Part shown: one piece after another, positions 36,122-46,427 of the stretch | Layout of the letters: each line of letters opens with the position of its first letter | Position numbering within the stretch: the first letter of the stretch is position 1 | Assembly (NCBI GenBank): GCA_963664875.1 | Contig: OY761611.1 | Span: forward strand, 1,920,001-1,984,000 | DNA from: Candidatus Kapaibacterium sp. | GTDB taxonomy: Bacteria; Bacteroidota; Ignavibacteria; Kapaibacteriales; UBA2268 | Reading direction: 5' to 3' | Length of the DNA stretch: 64,000 nt | Position numbers and translations under genes: made by a program | Notes under the pieces: model-generated | What the model was told of the DNA's origin: nothing | What the model saw: the letters and a program-made list of their open reading frames with translations, nothing else | Database searches by the model: none

Positions 36122-37807
36122 ATGAATTCTTTTTGGGAATCTTCTTTTATCGTAGTTGATGTGGAAACTACAGGCTCCGATCCAGAAAAAAACCGAATCA
36201 CCGATATAGCCTGCATCCTAGTGCAAGGTGGAGAAATCACAGATGTCTATGCCTCGCTGGTAAACCCTCACCAGTTTATTCCTCATTTTATAGCTAATAT
36301 GACCGGAATCACAAACGAAATGGCGTTTAATGCACCTGAGGCTCATGAAGTGTTTCAGGAAGTGAGCAAGATATTTAATGTACCTAATCCGGTCTTTGTA
36401 GCACACAATGTCAATTTCGACTGGTCTTTTGTGCAGCGTTCTTTTGTTCGCGAAGGCCTCACCCCTTTGGAAATGCCAAAACTTTGCACATTGAAATTAG
36501 CACGGCGAATACTTCCTAAAGAAGATAAAAAAAATGTCGGTGCTTTGGCAGAGTATTACGGGATTACAATAAAGAATCGCCACAGAGCTCTCGGCGATGC
36601 AGAAGCAACTGCACTGATACTCTTAGAGCTATTAGAAAAGATACAGGAAGAGCACAATATCACTTCTATTGATGATTTGCTGCATTTTCAAAACAAGCCG
36701 GTAAAAGCCTACACACTAAAAGAAGACTCTTTCGCAAAACACGAATCTGTTTTAGACACTTTGCCGGACGAACCCGGAGTGTACTATTTTTTTGATAAAG
36801 CAGGGAAAAATATCTACATAGGCAAAGCAAAGTCGCTTCGCAGCAGAGTGCAGTCTTACTTCAGAAACGGCAATCTCACTTCTAAAAAAGTAGTCGAGAT
36901 GGTCAAAAAGATAGAAACTATTACTTGGGAATGCACAGGCAACGAACTATCTGCTCTTGTTTTTGAATCTCGCGAAATCAAAAGGGTGAAACCTAAATAC
37001 AATGTTTTAGAAAAGCGCTACCTCAAATACCCTTTTATTAAAATAACTACCGGAACAAACTACCCTAAAGTTGCTATATGCAATGAAGTAGAAAATGACA
37101 ATGCGATATATTACGGCCCTTTCAAGAACTACTCTCTTGTAAATCATGTCTTTTCGATTATTGAAAAGCGGTTTGGTCTCAGAAAATGCGATCTTAATTT
37201 GGATAACGGCAACGTAAAACCTTGTTTTTATGCTGACATAGATAGATGCATAGCACCATGTAAAGCAGAATGTACCGTAGAGATTTACAACGAAGAAGTA
37301 GAAAAAGTAAAAGCATACCTTTCTAACTTCAGAAACGGAGTACTTACCGATTTAGAAAAAGAGATGATTAAATACTCTGAAGAATTGGATTTCGAAACTG
37401 CGGCAAAGATACGTGACCAAATTAACGAAATAAAAAAGGTTACTGCCAACAAGCCTGCTGACAACTCTTCTACCGGAAGAAACAATATGGTCTTTGTAAT
37501 GCCGGCGAATCCTCGAGAAAAGACAATCGACCTATTCCTAATCTCAGACGGCAAACTTGCCAAACAAATAACTATCGGACGGAAAGCTTCTTTGAAAAAC
37601 CTGTTCGAGGATATTCATCATTATTATTTCAACGGCAATGAGACTGATTCCAATCTATCAATGTACGACATTGACGAGATACGAATAGTCAATTCTTGGC
37701 TTTTCAAAAATCAGGATTTCGGTTATTCTTTGTTTCTCGAACAAAAATCTGAAACTGCCTTTATAGAAGAGTTAGAAAAAACAATACGTGAAATTGAGTT
37801 TGAATAA
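36122..37807 (+). CDS. DEDDh exonuclease (DnaQ-like) fused to GIY-YIG/UvrC(Cho)-like nuclease
   Basis: VVDVETTG, VAHNVNFD, HRALGDA; LPDEPGVYYF...IYIGKAKSLRSRVQSYF; Cys cluster RKC...PC...RCIAPC; UVR domain LDFETAAKIRD. Confidence 0.92.
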   Translation: MNSFWESSFIVVDVETTGSDPEKNRITDIACILVQGGEITDVYASLVNPHQFIPHFIANMTGITNEMAFNAPEAHEVFQEVSKIFNVPNPVFVAHNVNFDWSFVQRSFVREGLTPLEMPKLCTLKLARRILPKEDKKNVGALAEYYGITIKNRHRALGDAEATALILLELLEKIQEEHNITSIDDLLHFQNKPVKAYTLKEDSFAKHESVLDTLPDEPGVYYFFDKAGKNIYIGKAKSLRSRVQSYFRNGNLTSKKVVEMVKKIETITWECTGNELSALVFESREIKRVKPKYNVLEKRYLKYPFIKITTGTNYPKVAICNEVENDNAIYYGPFKNYSLVNHVFSIIEKRFGLRKCDLNLDNGNVKPCFYADIDRCIAPCKAECTVEIYNEEVEKVKAYLSNFRNGVLTDLEKEMIKYSEELDFETAAKIRDQINEIKKVTANKPADNSSTGRNNMVFVMPANPREKTIDLFLISDGKLAKQITIGRKASLKNLFEDIHHYYFNGNETDSNLSMYDIDEIRIVNSWLFKNQDFGYSLFLEQKSETAFIEELEKTIREIEFE

Positions 37808-37905
37808 TACTTGACAATAAAAATATATTTTTTAATATTTTCTTTGTTGCGAACATATATTTTTTTGTATATTGTATTGTATGTTGTTTTTTCAAGTTTA
37901 TAATT

Positions 37906-38544
37906 ATGCCCCAAATATTAAAAGACGATATTAAGCAACGAATTAGCGAAGCCGCATTCAAGCACTTTGCTACATTTGGATTTAAAAATACTTCAATGGC
38001 TCATATCGCTAAAGATGCCAACGTTTCGGTCGGTAATATTTACAGATATTATGTAAATAAAGACGACATATTTTACTCTTTGATTACGCCACAGTTTGTA
38101 AATAAATTCAAACAAACTATGCAGATAAGAGTAAACAAATCCGGCACCAAATTCTTCAATGTACTTAAAAGAAAAGCTCCTGCTGAAATCATAGACCAAG
38201 ATGTTATTGATTTTTATTTTGAGTACCGTCTTCACATTGTCATCCTGCTGGACAACAGTAAAGATACTGTTTACGAAAACATCCGCAGAGAACTGAAGGA
38301 CATGGCATTCGAATATATCCAGAAATATTTTCAGGAAAACATTGCCCCTCAGTACAATCTGGATCAGGAAAAACGGTTTTTGCTCGATATCATTTACGAA
38401 AATCTTGTTTACGGAATTCTAAAAATTTTAAAAGAATATACAGACAAAGAAGATATTGAAAGAGCCTACAAATCTCTAATAGGTTATCACCTCTACGGAC
38501 TTTTAGGTATTTGGGAAACTCCTGATTATATCTCAAAATCGTAG
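37906..38544 (+). CDS. TetR/AcrR family transcriptional regulator
   Basis: GFKNTSMAHIAKDANVSVGNIYRYYVNKDDIF HTH. Confidence 0.92.
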   Translation: MPQILKDDIKQRISEAAFKHFATFGFKNTSMAHIAKDANVSVGNIYRYYVNKDDIFYSLITPQFVNKFKQTMQIRVNKSGTKFFNVLKRKAPAEIIDQDVIDFYFEYRLHIVILLDNSKDTVYENIRRELKDMAFEYIQKYFQENIAPQYNLDQEKRFLLDIIYENLVYGILKILKEYTDKEDIERAYKSLIGYHLYGLLGIWETPDYISKS

Positions 38545-38712
38545 ATTTTACAATAAGATTCAATTTTTTTACAATTTGATATTTCTTTTTGCATCCAAAT
38601 CATTTCTTATGACTCTTACTTTCAGAAGCGAAAATAATTGAAACTTTGTTCGACTATATTCGTTTCTGTCAAAGTGTTTATAACATAATGTCATTTTGGA
38701 GATATTTTTTCG

Positions 38713-41007
38713 ATGCAGAAACTTATCAAACAAATCCTCACACTATGCCTTGCTATAGTAATTATGGCGGCTAATCTCTCCGCAAATAGTGCTGCTGCAA
38801 GCTCAGAGTATGCCTCTATGAGCGGCTTTGTTTACGATAGCGAATCAAAAGAAACGCTTATCGGTGCTACTGTCTATCTTGTTGGTTCTAAAAAGGGCGC
38901 TTATTCCAACAAAGCAGGCTTTTATTCTATCACTGACATAGAGCCGGGGAAATATACCGTCCGGGTCACTTATGTTGGATACGAAAAGTTAGAATATGAT
39001 GTTACTTTGAAGAAAGGGCAGTCGTTCAAAAAGGAAATCTTTTTGAAATCAGCAGCTGTTTCAACCAACACTGTAACAGTTACAGCTGAAAGAGAAGTCG
39101 AAAAACGACAAATCACAGTAAGTAAAATAAATGTACCTATACAGCAGATAAAGGAAATCAGAATCGGGGGCGAATCTGACGTATTCCGTACTTTGCAGTT
39201 ACTTCCGGGTATCCTTACTTCTTCCCAAATTTCGAGTGGACTATATGTTCGTGGCGGCTCTCCCGATCAAAACCTTGTGTTGCTGGATGATGCCGTAGTT
39301 TATAATCCTACTCACTTATTTGGCTTCTTATCTACTTTCAACAGTGACGCCATCAAAGATGTGGAAATGTTGAAAGGTGGTTTCCCTGCAGAGTATGGCG
39401 GAAGGATGTCTTCTGTGCTAAGCATAACTCAAAACAACGGCTCCCAGAAAGAAGTGCAGGGCATTGGAGCTTTAGGACTTATCAGCTCTAAACTTAGTTT
39501 AGAGGGGCCTCTGCCCGGTACAGATGGTTCATGGTTTATAGGTGGTCGCAGAACTTATTTTGACCTACTTACTTCGCTTATGTCGGAAGACCCTGAAAAT
39601 CCTTTGCCTGATTTCAACTTCTATGATTTGAATGGTAAACTTACATTCAATTTATCACCATCGGACAAACTTTTTGTTTCGGGCTTTCAAAGTGCTGATG
39701 CTTTGCAATATGATACTTATGGTGTAAATTTCAGAATGGATATCGGAAACAGATTAGGTGCTATCAAATGGACTCACATCTGGGACGATAATTTCTTTTC
39801 TGATGTAATAGTTTCCGGTAGTCATTATTTTAACAAATTTAAAGGCGACCAGACAGGCTATGAGTTCCTAATCAATAATGCTATCACTGACTACTCTACA
39901 AAAATCAAAACCGAATGGCTCGTTAACGATAAATTGACTGTAAAATCAGGTTTCGAATATACTAACTTCCACTTCCAATATCTTCAAAATTACTCCGGAG
40001 ATACAGATTCTACACAGCAAGGTGGAGGTGGTCAGACCAATCTGAATTTGTTTGATAATAACTATAGTGCGTATTTGCAGACAAATTTGCAGGCTAATCA
40101 ACATCTTTCATTCCAGTTAGGCGGTAGAGCGAACTACTGGAATCTTAGCGATCAATTCACAGTTGATCCGAGAGCTGCAGCCCGCTACCAGTTCAACGAA
40201 GGTTTTGCCATTAAAGTTGCCTGGGGGCTTTTCCATCAAAACCTAAGACTTGCTACTCAGCCGGATTTTAGCTTCTTTGACACTTGGATGCCTTCGGACA
40301 CGTCAGTTGCAGGGCCGGGCAGGTCTGACCAATACATCTTTACTGTTGAGACTAATCCTATGGAAGGTTTTGATTTAAACGTAGATTTATATTATAAAAA
40401 ATTACACAATATAAACGAGTTAAACGATAAATCTTTAGAAGGCGAAACTGTAGCGGACGTACTTTTCTTTGGTAAAGGTAGAGCATACGGTGCTGAAGTA
40501 TTTTTACAAAAAAAATACGGCAGACTTACAGGTTGGGTCGGCTACGGTTTAGGCTGGATTTTTGCTCAGTTTGACACTATCAACGGCGGTAGAGAATTCA
40601 GTCCTAAATACGACAGAAGACATGATTTGAAAATTGTAGCTCAATACAAAATCAATGACAGTTGGGATATAGGAGGTACTTTTACCTTGCAGAGTGGACA
40701 GCCTTACACAGGTGCATCTTCAAGATTCCAAACAAAACTTCCCGGGCAGAACTACGGCGACGGTAAAACAGTGCCTTCTCAGAGATATGGACTCAGATTG
40801 CCGGCTTCGCACCAACTGAACCTAAATGGAAGCTACAAATTCAAAATGTTTGGGCTTGCGTCGAGAGTCATTTTAGATATTTATAATGTTTACAACAGAA
40901 GAGATATCTGGTTTAGATATTACAACACTCAGTCGGAAACTACGACTGTAGAAGATGTCAAGCTGTTGCCTATAATTCCTACGTTTTCAATTGAAGTCAA
41001 GTTTTAA
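38713..41007 (+). CDS. TonB-dependent receptor with CarboxypepD_reg-like N-domain
   Basis: GFVYDSESKETLIGATV; plug LQLLPGI...YVRGGSPDQNLVLLD...KGGFPAEYGGRMSS; C-terminal Phe. Confidence 0.92.
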   Translation: MQKLIKQILTLCLAIVIMAANLSANSAAASSEYASMSGFVYDSESKETLIGATVYLVGSKKGAYSNKAGFYSITDIEPGKYTVRVTYVGYEKLEYDVTLKKGQSFKKEIFLKSAAVSTNTVTVTAEREVEKRQITVSKINVPIQQIKEIRIGGESDVFRTLQLLPGILTSSQISSGLYVRGGSPDQNLVLLDDAVVYNPTHLFGFLSTFNSDAIKDVEMLKGGFPAEYGGRMSSVLSITQNNGSQKEVQGIGALGLISSKLSLEGPLPGTDGSWFIGGRRTYFDLLTSLMSEDPENPLPDFNFYDLNGKLTFNLSPSDKLFVSGFQSADALQYDTYGVNFRMDIGNRLGAIKWTHIWDDNFFSDVIVSGSHYFNKFKGDQTGYEFLINNAITDYSTKIKTEWLVNDKLTVKSGFEYTNFHFQYLQNYSGDTDSTQQGGGGQTNLNLFDNNYSAYLQTNLQANQHLSFQLGGRANYWNLSDQFTVDPRAAARYQFNEGFAIKVAWGLFHQNLRLATQPDFSFFDTWMPSDTSVAGPGRSDQYIFTVETNPMEGFDLNVDLYYKKLHNINELNDKSLEGETVADVLFFGKGRAYGAEVFLQKKYGRLTGWVGYGLGWIFAQFDTINGGREFSPKYDRRHDLKIVAQYKINDSWDIGGTFTLQSGQPYTGASSRFQTKLPGQNYGDGKTVPSQRYGLRLPASHQLNLNGSYKFKMFGLASRVILDIYNVYNRRDIWFRYYNTQSETTTVEDVKLLPIIPTFSIEVKF

Positions 41008-41021
41008 AGGAGCTTTCAAAA

Positions 41022-41882
41022 ATGCAAAATATAAAGTTAATATTTTTAAGTCTTGCAGTAGTGCTTTTACTCGCGTCTTGCGGTGATCCTGTACCTACTG
41101 ATTATATCGAAGAAATTTATGTAGAAGCGTATCTGCTCGTAGGCGAACCAATTCAAAATATAGTAGTTGCCAAAACTCAGCCTTTAACATCTACATTTGA
41201 TTACTCAAAGTCGCTATACAGAGATGCGACAGTTGTAATCAAAGGAGACGGCAGAGAGTTTAATCTAAAAATTGACGCAAGCGGCACTGACGGTTTTTAT
41301 TACGAAGATAAAGACTATTTAGTAAAAGAAAACACTATTTATACTTTAGAAATCACTACCCCTGACGGCAAAGTAGTTAGCGGAAAAACTACAACACCTC
41401 AGGATATAAGCTGGATAGACAGAGTCCCGAAACCCTTGCAGTTCCCTAAAGACACATTGGATCCTGAGACTTCCGATCCTATCAGCTGGACTAAGTCCAA
41501 AGATGTAGATTACTATCTCATCTCTGTCAAATGTCTTGATACATTGGACTATGGAAAGTATTTAGATGATGTACCGGATACTGAGATGAACAGACCAATT
41601 GAAAGACCTTGGACTGACAACGAAGGCTATTTTAATGATATAACTAATTGGGGATTTATACCTAACACAAACAGCAAAATAGTTTGGGCAATTTTCAAGT
41701 GGTTTGGTCCGCATGAAACAGCAGTCTATGCTCCTGATAAAAACTTCAGAGACTGGTTTATCCAAAATCAATGGTTCGGCAGATATGACGAAAATCTTAC
41801 CTCTGTAAACGGTGCAATTGGCGTCTTCGGTTCTGCTGCTGTAATCAGAGACACAACTTTTCTACTAAAAAATCAGCCTTAA
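41022..41882 (+). CDS. DUF4249-family lipoprotein (TonB receptor partner)
   Basis: Lipobox LLASC; YVEAYL; YTLEITTPDGK; SVNGAIGVFGS. Confidence 0.8.
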   Translation: MQNIKLIFLSLAVVLLLASCGDPVPTDYIEEIYVEAYLLVGEPIQNIVVAKTQPLTSTFDYSKSLYRDATVVIKGDGREFNLKIDASGTDGFYYEDKDYLVKENTIYTLEITTPDGKVVSGKTTTPQDISWIDRVPKPLQFPKDTLDPETSDPISWTKSKDVDYYLISVKCLDTLDYGKYLDDVPDTEMNRPIERPWTDNEGYFNDITNWGFIPNTNSKIVWAIFKWFGPHETAVYAPDKNFRDWFIQNQWFGRYDENLTSVNGAIGVFGSAAVIRDTTFLLKNQP

Positions 41883-41917
41883 CAGCAAATAAATTCCACA
41901 TATCTATCAATAAGATG

Positions 41918-41960
41918 AGAACAGATTCGATTATTTTTCGGTCTGTTCTTTCTTTTTTTA
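41918..41960 (+). terminator. Rho-independent terminator
   Basis: AGAACAGA...TCTGTTCT stem followed by TTCTTTTTTT. Confidence 0.7.
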
Positions 41961-42116
41961 TATATTGAGCTTGTAGAAGTATATTTACAATGTCATTAGA
42001 GAACCCTATTGAGTCTTCTTCTTGTTTCTTGGGAGCCTCTCCCCTGCTTTGATTGATTTCGGGTAGGAACTTTTTGACAATTTTTTGATTATTCAACGCA
42101 ATTTGATAGGAAAACT

Positions 42117-42974
42117 ATGAAACAAGATTACATTAATTATGCCCTGATTGTAGTAATCTCTCTTCTGTCTGCAACTATTCTATCTTTGGTATTACGCAAG
42201 ATAGTAAATACTTTTATGAAGAAATACTCCGGCAAGCTATCTGTAGAGATGACTAATCTATCGTTTATAAAAAATTCCATAAGTGCAGTAGTTTATTCAA
42301 TGGCTGTATATGTCATGTTTGCAAACATTCCATATTTGTCAGCTTTAGGCAATGCACTTTTCGCTGGTGCCGGTGTGTTGGCTGCAATAATAGGCTTTGC
42401 TTCGCAGAAGGCATTTTCTAATATAATAAGCGGTGTTTTTATACTTATCTTCAAACCTTTCCGGGTCAATGACACAATAGAGTCCACCACTATAGCAAAA
42501 GGCATAGTAGAAGAAATTACTTTGAGGCATACAGTAATCAGAGATTATGAAAACAGAAGAATTGTTGTGCCGAACAGCAAAATATCGGACGAGACAATAA
42601 TAAACAGTGATATGGAAGAATCTCTAATCAGAAAACACATTGTGTTTTCTATAAGCTATGACTCTGATATAAATTTGGCTATGTCCATCATCAGAAAACA
42701 TGCTTTGGATCATCCGCTTTGCTTAGATAATAGGAGCGACGAAGCAAAAGCAGCCGGAGAAGAAATTGTAATTACTCGTGTTGTAGGACTCAAAGATTTT
42801 TCTGTGGAAATAAAGGCTTATGTATGGGCTAAATCGAATGACGATGCGTTTGTATTATACACAGAAATCCTTAAATCAGTTAAAGAAGAATTTGACCGAA
42901 GCGGCATTGAAATTCCATTCCCTTACCGTACTATTGTTATGAAAAAAGACAAGAAATCTGATGAAGAAAAATAA
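42117..42974 (+). CDS. Small-conductance mechanosensitive channel family
   Basis: GFASQKAFSNIISG, KPFRVND, VEEITLRHT, VPNS, GIEIPFP. Confidence 0.93.
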   Translation: MKQDYINYALIVVISLLSATILSLVLRKIVNTFMKKYSGKLSVEMTNLSFIKNSISAVVYSMAVYVMFANIPYLSALGNALFAGAGVLAAIIGFASQKAFSNIISGVFILIFKPFRVNDTIESTTIAKGIVEEITLRHTVIRDYENRRIVVPNSKISDETIINSDMEESLIRKHIVFSISYDSDINLAMSIIRKHALDHPLCLDNRSDEAKAAGEEIVITRVVGLKDFSVEIKAYVWAKSNDDAFVLYTEILKSVKEEFDRSGIEIPFPYRTIVMKKDKKSDEEK

Positions 42975-43992
42975 GATAAAAACAGATGATCCATATCAAC
43001 TTTCATTCGAAGGACGAAAGTATATGGACACAACAGACCTGCAGCTTTACGCCTACAACGCTGAGCAGATAGACATAATTTCGAAAGATGTCATAAAAGC
43101 GGCAATCTCAGAGGCGAATGTTGAAAGCCAAAAATGGCTCAATCTGAATGGAATACATGATGTAGCCCTCATTCAGAAATTAGCTAAAAAGCTGCAGCTT
43201 CATAGCTCGATTCCCAGAAAAGTAATAGATACAGAGCAGTCACATCGGCTGATTGATTATGACGAGCATTACTACTTCGGCATACACAACGTACCGGAAA
43301 GCAAAGACGCCCCGCCGGAAAAAATCAGCTTCCTTTTCAGGAAGAACTTATTGCTGACTGTGCAGGAAAAATCAAATAAACACTTTGAGCATATTCGCAA
43401 ACGACTTGCTAAAAATTCAGGCAAAGCTCGTCAAAAGCAAATAGATTACCTCATCTTTTTGATGCTCGAATCAATTATAGACAACTACGCAGCTGAGACA
43501 GACAGACTTTCCGAAAAGTTAGAAAATATCTACAAAGATATAAAAAATCTTAAAGAATTAGACGCTTTGGAAACACTCCGGGAAGAATTCTCTTTAGTAA
43601 AAATCTATTTCATCCCAATTAAAGACACTATAAAAAGTTTGCCGGATGTTTGCGAAAATATCTTTGACGACAGCAACGAGAAGCATTTCAAATTTTTGAA
43701 AGATTGGGCAGATCAAATTTTGGATGATATCAATTTTGCCTTACAGAAAATCGAGAGTGGGGTCAATCTCTTTTTTTCATATCAGAATCAGAGGCTTAAT
43801 GAGGTAATGAAAACACTGACATTGGTATCTGTCATTTTTATTCCAATTACATTCATAGCAGGCGTTTACGGTATGAATTTCCACAATATGCCCGAACTTA
43901 GCATGCCTTACGGCTATTTTGCAGTGCTTGGTTTGATGTTTGCCATATCTGTTGCATTCCTGCTTTTCTTCCGAAAGAGAAAATGGCTTTAG
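42961..43992 (+). CDS. corA: Magnesium/cobalt transporter CorA family
   Basis: WLNLNGIHD; NEVMKTLT; YGMNF signature; MPEL. Confidence 0.92.
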   Translation: MKKNKIKTDDPYQLSFEGRKYMDTTDLQLYAYNAEQIDIISKDVIKAAISEANVESQKWLNLNGIHDVALIQKLAKKLQLHSSIPRKVIDTEQSHRLIDYDEHYYFGIHNVPESKDAPPEKISFLFRKNLLLTVQEKSNKHFEHIRKRLAKNSGKARQKQIDYLIFLMLESIIDNYAAETDRLSEKLENIYKDIKNLKELDALETLREEFSLVKIYFIPIKDTIKSLPDVCENIFDDSNEKHFKFLKDWADQILDDINFALQKIESGVNLFFSYQNQRLNEVMKTLTLVSVIFIPITFIAGVYGMNFHNMPELSMPYGYFAVLGLMFAISVAFLLFFRKRKWL

Positions 43993-44051
43993 CATTCGAC
44001 AAGGGCTTGCAAATAATATCAGCTATAACAATAATTTTAACTCTTATAGAA

Positions 44052-44087
44052 GCAAAACCGCATCAGAGATTAAGGTTTCTGATGCGG
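44052..44087. terminator. Hairpin CCGCATCAGA-N10-TCTGATGCGG (copy 1), between convergent genes
   Basis: Perfect 10-bp stem; same stem at 47618-47649. Confidence 0.7.
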
Positions 44088-44119
44088 CATTCGAGTGATG
44101 TTTTTTTTGCAGATTTAAT

Positions 44120-44325
44120 CTACAATTCCAAATTTTTCTTTTTTGGCTTTTAGCAGCGAATCAATTAAAATACTAAGTTTTTCGCTGTAATAATCAATGC
44201 AACCTAACATTACACCTCTGACTTTGACTCCATTCTCCTGAAGTTGGCATTCAGAAATAGTAAAATAATCAGCTAATATCTTTGCATTTTTATCGAGTAT
44301 TTTATACTCGCGAAAGATTAAATCA
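44120..44325 (-). pseudogene. Start-less 3' gene remnant (~67 codons)
   Basis: Open frame DLIFREYKILDKNAKILADYFTISECQLQENGVKVRGVMLGCIDYYSEKLSILIDSLLKAKKKNLEL* directly after the lipoprotein stop, no ATG at its 5' end. Confidence 0.4.
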
Positions 44326-44326
44326 T

Positions 44327-45361
44327 TTATTTGAGTGCAGTTTTGTTACGTTTTATTCCTTTGAAATTATATCTTTCAGAGTTAAAGTATATAAAACCTG
44401 ATTTGGTATAATAACTTCCGTCACGGCTGTCAAAAGAGAAATGGAATTTCCAGTTTTCACCGTCATCTTTAGATGTGTAGATGCTGAAAAAACCATAATA
44501 GTCTTCTTCATGATCAAAATAACCTGATCTGGACGCGATAACAGTGTTGTTGCTGTTTATATCGTATATATAAAAGTCGCCCTTTTCCGGTTTTTTAATC
44601 TGACTTGGTTGTTTGTTATAAGCAATATATTCGTTACTGTAAAATTTATAATATTTAGAGTTCTTCTCATTTCGAGAATAATCGAAAGTAGATTTTGTCC
44701 ACGTTTCTCCTTTATCAGCACTTACATAATATTGATATTCAGAGGTTGATATTTCTGCATTTGATATAATATAGTTATCAATTGCAGCTGAATAAGATGA
44801 ATATTCAAATGGTCTCTTAATTGTAACCCAGGTCTCTCCATAGTCTGTGGACTTAGCATAAGCTGAAGCATAAAGGACACCATCTTTGTCAGCGAAGTTA
44901 AATTGACTTCCAAATTGACAAAAATAGGTACTGTCTTCCGATACTATTATAGTCTTCAAAGTTTGAAATTTTGACTCACTTTTAGATTTTCTGTATTTAT
45001 TGCTATTTATGTAATAATACACATAATCATCATTCCCATAAATAATATTTGGAGCATTATAAAATTGATTCATTGTAGAATCAAACATATCCATCGTGAA
45101 TATATCCTCTAATTGCCAGGTAGCACCAAGATCTGTGGATTTAAAAATGTCGTATTGCTTTGTGCCGTGATTTCGCAAAATTGCGTAATAATTATCATCG
45201 TAGTTATTTTGAAAAATGTCAGCAATAAAGTCATATCCCGGAAATGCAGGCTCTATTTTATCAGCACTTTGATATAAAACCGGTTTACTTGGCTCTTCTC
45301 CACACCCATAAACTCCCAAAATCAAAGCAGCTAAAATCAAAAGTAAAGATAGTTTTTTCAT
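44327..45361 (-). CDS. Lipoprotein with BNR/Asp-box repeats (paralog 3)
   Basis: Lipobox VYGC; KSTDLGATW, KSTDYGETW, SADKGETW, SKDDGENW. Confidence 0.8.
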   Translation of the reverse strand: MKKLSLLLILAALILGVYGCGEEPSKPVLYQSADKIEPAFPGYDFIADIFQNNYDDNYYAILRNHGTKQYDIFKSTDLGATWQLEDIFTMDMFDSTMNQFYNAPNIIYGNDDYVYYYINSNKYRKSKSESKFQTLKTIIVSEDSTYFCQFGSQFNFADKDGVLYASAYAKSTDYGETWVTIKRPFEYSSYSAAIDNYIISNAEISTSEYQYYVSADKGETWTKSTFDYSRNEKNSKYYKFYSNEYIAYNKQPSQIKKPEKGDFYIYDINSNNTVIASRSGYFDHEEDYYGFFSIYTSKDDGENWKFHFSFDSRDGSYYTKSGFIYFNSERYNFKGIKRNKTALK

Positions 45362-45373
45362 GGTGTTTGTCCT

Positions 45374-46417
45374 TTATTTAATGGGAGTTTTGTTTCGAGT
45401 TATATTAAATATATTTGCATTTAGAGTATTGGTATATACATAACCTGATTTTGTGTAATATACTTCGTAGTTATGATGAGGAAGCTGCCTCTCACTAATA
45501 AGACAGAATTGGAAGTCCCATGTTTCACCGTTATCTGCAGAAGTATGAATATTGCAGTTATGATCATATTCTCCAGGTAGATAGTCTTCTGTATAACCTG
45601 TCCAATTCGCTACTATCTTTCCATCGTTGTTGATATTTAATATTTCAAATTCACCAGCGACAGGAATTTTAATTTTATACTCTCCGGGCTTATTGTCTGC
45701 AATTTTTTCTATATCATAAAAATATCTGATACTATCAGAATCAGGATTTTTTTTATCTAAAACTTTGGTCCAAGTTTCTCCCTTATCTTCACTAATCCAA
45801 AAACTACATTCAGCATCTACAATTAGTTTATTGTTTACTATTTCAGTGGTAACTGCTCTTTGAATATCAAAGGGAGCTTTAATATATGCCCAAGTTTCTC
45901 CCTTATCAGTTGATTTATAGACTACTCCAGAATAAATAACTCCTTCATTATCAATATTAATGGGATCCCATGGGTTGAACATACACCAAGCATTTGGATA
46001 AAGTATACTTTTCATCTCTGACAAGTCAGGACTTATTATATTTATTGCTCCACCAGATTGAAAATAAATATAACCATCTCTTCCAATTCTAAATTCCCTA
46101 TGGTAAAATTCAAATGCGAAGTCATAAAAAACACGGTAATCTTTTAATTCTTTGTATATTTCCCATGTAATACCATCAGAAGATCTATAGAAACTAACGA
46201 TGGAGTTACTGGTTCCGGCTGTCATATAGTACATCCCATCATTGTAATTATAATCTATATAATAAATGAAGTCGCCATCTTCAAAAGGAGTTTCAATGGT
46301 TTTCTTATAAGCGTTCATAGCTGTCTCTTCAGGACTAAGAGGTGAATCTCCCTTGCCACACCCATAAATTCCCAAAATCACAGCAGCTAAAATCAATATC
46401 AAACTTAGTTTTTTCAT
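45374..46417 (-). CDS. Lipoprotein with BNR/Asp-box repeats (paralog 2)
   Basis: Lipobox IYGC; RSSDGITW, KSTDKGETW, SEDKGETW, SADNGETW. Confidence 0.8.
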   Translation of the reverse strand: MKKLSLILILAAVILGIYGCGKGDSPLSPEETAMNAYKKTIETPFEDGDFIYYIDYNYNDGMYYMTAGTSNSIVSFYRSSDGITWEIYKELKDYRVFYDFAFEFYHREFRIGRDGYIYFQSGGAINIISPDLSEMKSILYPNAWCMFNPWDPINIDNEGVIYSGVVYKSTDKGETWAYIKAPFDIQRAVTTEIVNNKLIVDAECSFWISEDKGETWTKVLDKKNPDSDSIRYFYDIEKIADNKPGEYKIKIPVAGEFEILNINNDGKIVANWTGYTEDYLPGEYDHNCNIHTSADNGETWDFQFCLISERQLPHHNYEVYYTKSGYVYTNTLNANIFNITRNKTPIK

Positions 46418-46427
46418 GATAAGGTCC

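Noticed and set aside
41845-42096. 83-aa minus-strand ORF between the DUF4249 and MscS genes
   Set aside because: Overlaps a terminator and the end of the upstream gene; no recognisable features
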